NCBI RefSeq assembly: GCF_900197875.1
Contig: NZ_FZMO01000547.1
Span: 45,765 to 77,764 of the forward strand
Length of the DNA: 32,000 nucleotides
Reading direction: 5' to 3'
DNA from: Frankia canadensis
GTDB lineage: Bacteria > Actinomycetota > Actinomycetes > Frankiales > Frankiaceae
The translations under genes were made by a program, and so were the position numbers. How positions within the stretch are numbered: position 1 is the first letter of the stretch; each line of letters opens with the position of its first letter. The notes under the pieces were generated by a model, which was not told where the DNA came from, searched no databases, and saw only the letters and a list, made by a program, of their open reading frames with translations. Positions 26,194-32,000 of the stretch are shown piece by piece.

Positions 26194-26625
26194 CAGACAG
26201 CCCACGCCTTTCCCCGGTCCGGCATTCCTCCGGGCCGGTCGCCGCCTTCGGAATCGCCCTGCACAAAAAGGACTCTCGGACCATCCCCGAACGCCCAGTA
26301 AGCCATTTCCATCGCCAACTCCTTTCACTACAGGGAGGCTATACCCAATAATCCCCGATGGAATGACGTCGAGCCGACAGCCGCCCCCGCCACTGTGCCG
26401 CCATCGGCCGGCAGGCGGGCGACAGCACCGGACGGCAGCATCCGCGCCGACGGCCGCAACTACCCTCGACGAGGACGACCTCGCCCAGGCCATCGGAGAC
26501 GACAGGGGCCCCACACGCGGGTTCCTGTCATGAACCAGTCAGGATGGCGGCTGTCGAGGCCGGGCCGGCGATAGTGTTCTCACCGCCATCCACGGCGATG
26601 CGTGCAGGGATTTCAGGGGGGCACC

Positions 26626-27213
26626 ATGACAGTGGACGAAACGTCAACGGGTCTACCACGACGGGCATTCCTGGCAACCGGGATCGGGCTGGCGACCCTC
26701 ACGGCGACGGCGGCGCTGTCCTCGCCCGCCGAGGCGTCCGGGGTATGGCATGCCGACTGGCGCTTCTGCAACAAGTGCTTCGGCCTGGTCCGGGCCCTCC
26801 AGCAGGTCCACAACCAGTGTCCGGCGGGCGGCCGGCACGCGATACAGGGCTGGACGTTCGGGATACCGTTCACCAACAGCACCGACCACCACTCCGGCGA
26901 GACGGCGTACCAGCAGAGCGACTGGCGGCAGTGCTCGTCGTGCGGTCTCCTTTACTACCACGACTTCCCGGGCGTCTGCGCCGGACGCGGTGGCCGGGCA
27001 CATACCGGGCCCTTCCCACAGAACCTTCTCTGGCACGACCGGAACCCGGTACCCGGGAACTTCCAGGGCGCCTGGCGCTTCTGTTTCAAGTGCAGCGCAC
27101 TCTATTTCGACGGATACCAGCCGAACCGGGGCGTCTGCCCGGGAAACCCGGGATGGGGCCACGCCGCCGCCGGTTACCTGTTCCAGCTGGAGGTGTACGC
27201 GTACACCTCTTGA
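26626..27213 (+). CDS. Secreted (Tat-signal) protein with three Cys-rich W-R-x-C-x-x-C repeats, unknown function
   Basis: Twin-arginine signal GLPRRAFLATGIGLATLTATAALSSPAEA|SG. The three repeats start near nt 26755, 26920 and 27070: DWRFCNKCFGLV..CPAGGRHA, DWRQCSSCGLLY..CAGRGGRAH and AWRFCFKCSALY..CPGNPGWGH. ATG 26626 follows AGGGGGG. Confidence 0.7.
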   Translation: MTVDETSTGLPRRAFLATGIGLATLTATAALSSPAEASGVWHADWRFCNKCFGLVRALQQVHNQCPAGGRHAIQGWTFGIPFTNSTDHHSGETAYQQSDWRQCSSCGLLYYHDFPGVCAGRGGRAHTGPFPQNLLWHDRNPVPGNFQGAWRFCFKCSALYFDGYQPNRGVCPGNPGWGHAAAGYLFQLEVYAYTS

Positions 27214-27240
27214 CGCGAGCCTGCGTCGCCTCGGGAGCCG

Positions 27241-27798
27241 CTATGGCCGGAACCCGTCGATGGCGAGTTCGAGGAGGCGGGCGGCCTGGGCGGCGCCTTC
27301 GGGGGTGTCGGGGGTGCGCCACAGGCAGCTGATGATCATGATGACATCCGCGGGGTCGAGACCAGGGCGTGTCGCGCCGGCGCGGGCACAGGCGTCGAGG
27401 AGCTGGCCGACGGCGGCGGTGACGGAGACGGAGGTCTCGCTGACGACCTCCTGCGCGGCGGCGGTGTTCAGCGCGTCGCCGAGGCCGTGCTTGAGGCGCA
27501 CGTAGGCGGTGAGGGTGGTGAACCACCGCCGCAGCGCGTCCAGCGGGGCGTCGGCGTGGGCGGCGAGGACGTCCGGCACGGACCCCACAAGCCGGCCCAC
27601 GTCGTGGCGGTAGACCTCCAGGATCAGCGCCTCGCGGGTCGGGAAATGCCGGTAGAGGGTGCCGGCGCCGACGCCCGCGCGCTTGGCGATCGAGTTCAGC
27701 GAGGCGTCCGGGTTCGCGGCGAGCGCGTCGTGGGCGACCTGGAGGATCGCCTCGCGGTTCCTGAGCGCGTCGGAACGCTGCGACCCGGCGTCGGGCAT
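27241..27798 (-). CDS. TetR-family transcriptional regulator
   Basis: N-terminal HTH ILQVAHDALAANPDASLNSIAKRAGVGAGTLYRHFPTREAL. AGGAGG ribosome-binding site upstream of the ATG. Confidence 0.9.
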   Translation of the reverse strand: MPDAGSQRSDALRNREAILQVAHDALAANPDASLNSIAKRAGVGAGTLYRHFPTREALILEVYRHDVGRLVGSVPDVLAAHADAPLDALRRWFTTLTAYVRLKHGLGDALNTAAAQEVVSETSVSVTAAVGQLLDACARAGATRPGLDPADVIMIISCLWRTPDTPEGAAQAARLLELAIDGFRP

Positions 27799-27834
27799 GG
27801 GTCCTCCTGACGTGCGAGCGGTCGCCCCTTGCCG

Positions 27835-27888
27835 AAGCGGAGAACTCTCCGTTACGGTGGTGCGAGTCGGGCGGAGAGTTCTCCGCTT
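27835..27888. promoter_or_regulatory. Pair of TetR-type operators: AAGCGGAGAACTCTCCG (27835-27851) and its exact reverse complement CGGAGAGTTCTCCGCTT (27872-27888)
   Basis: This is a perfect 17-bp inverted duplication. Each copy is itself a palindrome, CGGAGA-nn-TCTCCG. The pair sits in the 119-bp divergent region between the TetR gene and the aldo/keto reductase gene. Confidence 0.55.
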
Positions 27889-27917
27889 ACTGTCCTGATT
27901 ATAGGAGCCCCTCCCCC

Positions 27918-28970
27918 ATGCGCTACGTCAAGCTCGGCCGCACCGGCCTCGACGTCTCCCCGATCGCCATCGGCGCGATGACCTACGGGCAGCCCGACCA
28001 CGGCCACCCCGTCTGGTCGCTCGACGAGGAGGCCAGCCGGCCCCTCATCCGGCACGCGCTGGAGGCGGGCATCAACGTCTTCGACACCGCCAACATGTAC
28101 TCCTACGGCTCCAGCGAGGAGATCCTCGGCCGGGCCCTGAGGGACTACGCGAGCCGCGACGACGTCGTCATCACCACCAAGATCCGCCACGTGATGCGCC
28201 CTGGCCGGCCCAACGGCGGCGGCCTGTCCCGCAAGGCGATCATGACGGAGATCGACCACAGCCTGCGCCGCCTCGGCACCGACCACGTCGACGTCTACAT
28301 GATCCACCGCCTCGACAACGAGACGCCGCTGCTGGAGACCCTCGAGGCCCTGCACGACGTGGTGAAGGCCGGCAAGGCCCGGTACCTCGGCGCCTCGTCC
28401 ATGCATGCCTGGCAGTTCGCCAAGGCCCTGCATCTGCAGGAGCGCCACGGCTGGGCCAGGTTCGTCACCATGCAGGACCACTACAACCTGCTCGCCCGCG
28501 AGGAGGAGCGCGAGATGCTCCCGCTCTGCGCCGACGAGGGCGTCGCCACCATGGTGTGGAGCCCGCTGGCCCGCGGCCGCCTCGCCCGCCCCGCCGACCA
28601 GGCGAACGCCACCGAACGCGCCGCCACCGACGGCACCTTCGCCGACATGCTCTACACCCGCTCCACCGCCGACAGCGACCGCGTCATCCTCGACGAGGTC
28701 GGCACCATCGCCGACGCCCGCGGCGTCACCCGCGCCCAGATCGCCCTCGCCTGGCTGCGCCGCAACCCCGTCGTCGCCGCCCCCATCGTCGGCGCCCGCA
28801 CCACCCAGCAGATCGACGACGCCGTCGCCGCCCTCGACCTCGACCTCACCGACGACGAGGCCCGCCGTCTGGAGGCCCCCTACACCCCCCGCCACGACCT
28901 CCAGGGCATCTCCGACGCCCGCGAACTCGAACGCATCAGGGCCGGCATCCCCGGCTTCGCCAACGTCTGA
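27918..28970 (+). CDS. Aldo/keto reductase (AKR, Tas/YajO-like)
   Basis: MRYVKLGRTGLDVSPIAIGAMTYG, NVFDTANMYSYGSSEEILGRAL, DHVDVYMIHRLD, GKARYLGASSM and VVAAPIVGARTTQQIDDAV. AGGAG ribosome-binding site upstream. Confidence 0.9.
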   Translation: MRYVKLGRTGLDVSPIAIGAMTYGQPDHGHPVWSLDEEASRPLIRHALEAGINVFDTANMYSYGSSEEILGRALRDYASRDDVVITTKIRHVMRPGRPNGGGLSRKAIMTEIDHSLRRLGTDHVDVYMIHRLDNETPLLETLEALHDVVKAGKARYLGASSMHAWQFAKALHLQERHGWARFVTMQDHYNLLAREEEREMLPLCADEGVATMVWSPLARGRLARPADQANATERAATDGTFADMLYTRSTADSDRVILDEVGTIADARGVTRAQIALAWLRRNPVVAAPIVGARTTQQIDDAVAALDLDLTDDEARRLEAPYTPRHDLQGISDARELERIRAGIPGFANV

Positions 28971-29122
28971 CGGCACCGACGGCGTCCCGGCCCGCTCGAC
29001 CGCGCGGAGGAGATCATGCGGAACCGTCCGAGTCCGCTCGGCGGCATTCGGCGAGAGGTTGACGGAACCGCGGGTGTGTCACCCACGTCGAGTACCGACG
29101 ACGCCGGCGCGGCCACTCGGGT

Positions 29123-29977
29123 TCACACGGGGACGATCGGCTCCTGGATCTCGGTGACCCAGCCGTCCACGTCCTCGGGGCAGGCCAGGCTCAGTTCGCG
29201 GCTCGGCCCGGTGGTTCGGTAGCCGGCGTCCTCGATCCAGCGGGCAAGTGCCTGGTAGCTGGGCAGGCAGTCGTCCATGGAGCCCCGGTGCACCACGGTC
29301 GCCACCTGCGTGACGGCGGGCAGGTCCACGACAGCGGCGCCGGCCAGGGCCGCGGCGGCCGGTGTGCCGTCCGCGGGCAGCGCGCCGATGGGCAGGGCCG
29401 CGTGGACGACGATGTTCTCGCCATCGCCATCGGCGTGCGGGTCGGTGTAATAGGCGATGGCGGGTCCCGTCGGGGTGACACCCGCGCTCCGCAACGCCGC
29501 GCCGAGCCGCTCATACAGTCCGCGGATGACCGGGCCGATCGACAGCGGCTCCATGTTCCGCGCGACGCCGGTCAGTTCGACGACGCGCACTGCCGGCAGC
29601 GGCTTGACGGTGATTTCGATGGTGGACATGGCAGCCTCGCTTTCGATCATTCGGAGTCTCGCCTGGATGTCCGCGAGCCGGGCGGTGTCGGCCGCGATCT
29701 GGGCGCGCAGCTCGGCCTGCCGCAGCCGCAGCATGCCGCGCAGCTCTTCGGCGCCGACCCGCTCGCCGAGCAGCTCCTGCACCTGCTGCAGCCCGAAACC
29801 CAGTCCCCGCAGCGCCACGATCCGGTTCAGCCGGGTGAGCTGCGCGGCGGTGTACCAGCGGTAGCCGGTCGACGGGTCGACCTGGGCCGGGCGCAGCAGC
29901 CCGATCGCGTCGTAGTGGCGCAGCATGCGCACCGACACGCGGCCGTGCCTGGCGAAGTCTCCGATGCTGAACCTGAT
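29123..29977 (-). CDS. MerR-family regulator with C-terminal GyrI-like (BmrR/TipA-type) effector-binding domain; start codon problematic
   Basis: HTH ...FSIGDFARHGRVSVRMLRHYDAIGLLRPAQVDPSTGYRWYT, then a coiled-coil linker, then a GyrI-like domain (ITVKPLPAVRVVEL...VVHRGSMDD...GPSRELSL). The first canonical start (GTG 29938) would delete HTH helix 1. The open frame extends to the stop at 29987-29989, and ATC at 29977 is the only near-cognate start. Confidence 0.75.
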   Translation of the reverse strand: MRFSIGDFARHGRVSVRMLRHYDAIGLLRPAQVDPSTGYRWYTAAQLTRLNRIVALRGLGFGLQQVQELLGERVGAEELRGMLRLRQAELRAQIAADTARLADIQARLRMIESEAAMSTIEITVKPLPAVRVVELTGVARNMEPLSIGPVIRGLYERLGAALRSAGVTPTGPAIAYYTDPHADGDGENIVVHAALPIGALPADGTPAAAALAGAAVVDLPAVTQVATVVHRGSMDDCLPSYQALARWIEDAGYRTTGPSRELSLACPEDVDGWVTEIQEPIVPV

Positions 29978-30159
29978 GCTTCCGGTCTACGGCCTCACAC
30001 CGTGTCACGGTCAAGCCGTCCCCGGCGACGTCGACAGGTTCCGACGACGACATCGGTCGGTAAGGCGGGGAGCCGATGGTCGACGCCGACGTCGCCGCGC
30101 TGGTCGAGATGGTTCTCCCCGCGCTTGGCTGATGTCCCACCTGGCTGGCGGTTCCGGCC

Positions 30160-31197
30160 CTACGCGCGCGACAGCCGCTCGTCGAGAATCTGGACGAACA
30201 CCGAGGCGACGAGGGCGACGGCGGGGTCGTCGTCGTGGGCGAGGCGACGCAGCACGTCCCGGCCGGTGGTTCCGGAGAGCTCGACCAGTGCCTGGGCCAG
30301 GCGTATCCGTACGGCGGGGTCCGCGGTGTGCGCGGCGAGCTCGTCGGCCAACGCGGTGGTGATCCGGCCCGCGTGCTCGGGGTCCTCGGACAGCCTTCCC
30401 AGCACCTCTGCCGCCTCGACGTCGTTCGTGCCCTCGACGACCATCCCGACGAGTATCGGCACCGTCGGGGTCGCCGCCACGGCAGTGGCCTCGCTGCGTC
30501 CGCCCAACGTCAGCGCGGCGTACCTGCGCACCGTCAGGTCCTGGTCCTCGAGCGCGTCCGTGAGCGCCGCGGTCGCACCGGGAGTGTCGGGCACCTCGGC
30601 GATCGCCAGAACGGCGCGCCGCCGGACGTCGACGTCGTCCGCGTGCGTGGCGGCGGCCAGCGTCGCCAGGCCATCGCCACCCGATCGGGCGAGCGCCCAG
30701 CGCAGGGCGCCGGCGACGTTGGGGTCGGCTTCGGTGAGGACCGCCTCGGCCAGGATGTCGGCGGGAACCGCCGCGCCCTCCGGGAACGTCAGGACGGCCT
30801 GTTGCCTGCGCGCGGCGCTGGGCGCGTCAAGGCCCTGCATGAGGTCGACGATGCACAGCACGTCCTGCCAGCCGGTGGGCGCCGACGCGTCGATCGCGCG
30901 CAGGCGCCGCAGCAGCTCCCGGTCGCGTTCCAGGCGGTCCTCCGTCCACCGGATGAGGTCGCTGACCAGGTCGGACGGTGCGAAGGCCGGGTCCGCCAGC
31001 ACGCGTTCGACCTGCCCCAGCGAAAGGCCGAGAGAGCGCAGGCTCTCCACGTGGAAGATCCTGCGGACGTCCTCGGCGGAGTACTCGCGATACCCGCCGG
31101 CCGTGCGACCGCTGGGTCGCACCAGCCCGAGCGCGTCGTAGTGCCGCAGCACGCGGGCGCTCACCCCCGAGCGGCGGGCCACATCACCGATCAGCAA
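30160..31197 (-). CDS. MerR-type HTH fused to a C-terminal HEAT / PBS-lyase-like repeat domain
   Basis: N-terminus LIGDVARRSGVSARVLRHYDALGLVRPSGRTAGGYREYS. The C-terminal part holds repeated DxxVRRxAxxAL units (DVDVRRRAVLAIAE, DLTVRRYAALTLGG, DPAVRIRLAQALVE). TTG start at 31197 overlaps the upstream stop by 7 nt. Confidence 0.75.
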   Translation of the reverse strand: MLIGDVARRSGVSARVLRHYDALGLVRPSGRTAGGYREYSAEDVRRIFHVESLRSLGLSLGQVERVLADPAFAPSDLVSDLIRWTEDRLERDRELLRRLRAIDASAPTGWQDVLCIVDLMQGLDAPSAARRQQAVLTFPEGAAVPADILAEAVLTEADPNVAGALRWALARSGGDGLATLAAATHADDVDVRRRAVLAIAEVPDTPGATAALTDALEDQDLTVRRYAALTLGGRSEATAVAATPTVPILVGMVVEGTNDVEAAEVLGRLSEDPEHAGRITTALADELAAHTADPAVRIRLAQALVELSGTTGRDVLRRLAHDDDPAVALVASVFVQILDERLSRA

Positions 31198-32000
31198 TCC
31201 GAGGTCTCCACGTCAACGGTCTCCATCACCGCGATCGTCACCTCCCCGGTCCGCGGGTTCGTGTGCCGCGCGTTCGTGTCCGGCGGGTTCGTGTCCGGCG
31301 GGTTCGTGTCCGGCGCCGCCGCGGCAGCGGTCGCGGCTCGTTGCGGGCCGAGGGCGACCACGCGCCGCGCTTCGTCGATCGCCGCGTCGAACCCGGCCTC
31401 CGGGTCACGCAGGAGCGACGCGGTGGCTCGGGCGTGCGCGGCCACGGTCGGGTCGGGGTTCGCGGCGGCCCGCGCCAGGGCGGGCTCGATCACCCCGCCG
31501 AGGTCGACGAGGGCACGGCTCAGGCTCAGCTGAACCTCACGGTCGCCGCGGCCGAGCTGCACGACCAGATCGTCGACCAGATTCGGCCTGTCGTCCTCGG
31601 CGGCGAGGGCGACCGCCGCACGCCATGCGGTCCGCGCCACCTCGTCGTCGGCGTCGCGCAGCAGGTCGCGCGTGATCCAGGCCCACGCCCGCCTGTCGCC
31701 GATCTTGCTGAGGGTGTGCAGCGCCTGGCTGCGCGCCTGCGGGCGCTCGGAACCGAGCTCGCGGCGCAGCCGAGGCAGGGTGATCTCCGGCGGGAGACGG
31801 GTCAGCGCCCAGGACAGCATGTCCCGCACGAAGAAGTCGGGCTCGACCGCGCACCGCTCGACGAGCGCCGCCAGGAGACCCTGCTCGGGATCCGGGCCGG
31901 GATTCGAGCCGACCGCCAGGGCCGCCTGGAGCCGGACCGACGCATCCTCGGCGCCCAGGGCGCCGGCCACGCGGGCGTTCCACCAGGGTCCATCTGTCAT
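31191..32000 (-). CDS. HEAT-repeat protein; ATG is at the last bases of the window, so the N-terminus could extend beyond it
   Basis: HEAT-like units are present (DASVRLQAALAVG, DFFVRDMLSWALT, RPQARSQALHTLSK, DDEVARTAWRAAVAL, DREVQLSLSRALVD, DPTVAAHARATASL). The C-terminus has a PDTNP pentapeptide repeat. Confidence 0.7.
   Translation of the reverse strand: MTDGPWWNARVAGALGAEDASVRLQAALAVGSNPGPDPEQGLLAALVERCAVEPDFFVRDMLSWALTRLPPEITLPRLRRELGSERPQARSQALHTLSKIGDRRAWAWITRDLLRDADDEVARTAWRAAVALAAEDDRPNLVDDLVVQLGRGDREVQLSLSRALVDLGGVIEPALARAAANPDPTVAAHARATASLLRDPEAGFDAAIDEARRVVALGPQRAATAAAAAPDTNPPDTNPPDTNARHTNPRTGEVTIAVMETVDVETSDC
31255..31314. repeat. 15-bp tandem repeat, 4 copies (GGGTTCGTGTCCGGC), encoding (PDTNP)n at the C-terminus of the HEAT protein
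   Basis: Units are at 31255-31269 (degenerate), 31270-31284, 31285-31299 and 31300-31314, and the last two are identical. Confidence 0.9.

Noticed and set aside
1-32000. Search for tRNA/rRNA genes, CRISPR arrays, IS elements or inverted terminal repeats, integrases, and vanR/vanS/vanY/vanZ/vanJ/vanK
   Set aside because: I recognised no T-loop (GGTTCGAAT-like) or cloverleaf candidate in the few long intergenic regions (793-1290, 10160-10674, 26194-26625). There are no regularly spaced direct repeats of 25-40 bp, and no transposase, recombinase, histidine-kinase or response-regulator motifs in any frame. The absence applies to this window only.
31998-32000. The window ends exactly on the ATG of the HEAT-repeat ORF, so I considered calling it a complete gene
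   Set aside because: I cannot exclude that the frame continues upstream beyond the window. It is therefore reported with the caveat that the N-terminus may be incomplete.

Overview
High-GC actinobacterial DNA (Frankia/Streptomyces-like codon bias; I cannot name the organism). It looks like an accessory chromosomal region: I call 29 protein-coding genes and see no rRNA, tRNA, CRISPR array, transposase or integrase. Most long ORFs in the supplied track are alternate-frame or antisense artefacts of the GC bias, and several real genes start well inside the listed ORF. I re-derived those starts by hand. The centrepiece is a complete vanH-vanA-vanX cassette (18470-21180, +) with overlapping stop/start codons. 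It is divergently paired with an extra murF (16935-18380, -) that carries a Thr/Ala-rich insertion encoded by a 9-bp tandem repeat. A PH-domain membrane protein gene follows murF. No vanR/vanS, vanY/Z/J/K or glycopeptide biosynthesis genes are in the window, and this block looks lower in GC than its flanks. Other resistance-type genes surround it: a TmrB-like ATPase, two MFS transporters (one DHA2-type), an MGT-family glycosyltransferase with two SAM methyltransferases, a TetR/aldo-keto reductase pair with a clear double operator, and a MerR/GyrI-like regulator. The least characterised items are a Tat-signal secreted protein made of three Cys-rich W-R-x-C-x-x-C...C-P...H repeats (26626-27213) and a translationally coupled HEAT-repeat protein plus MerR-HEAT fusion (30160-32000). 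Several short tandem repeats lie in or at the ends of genes. All functional calls rest on motifs I recognised by eye, because no database search was possible.
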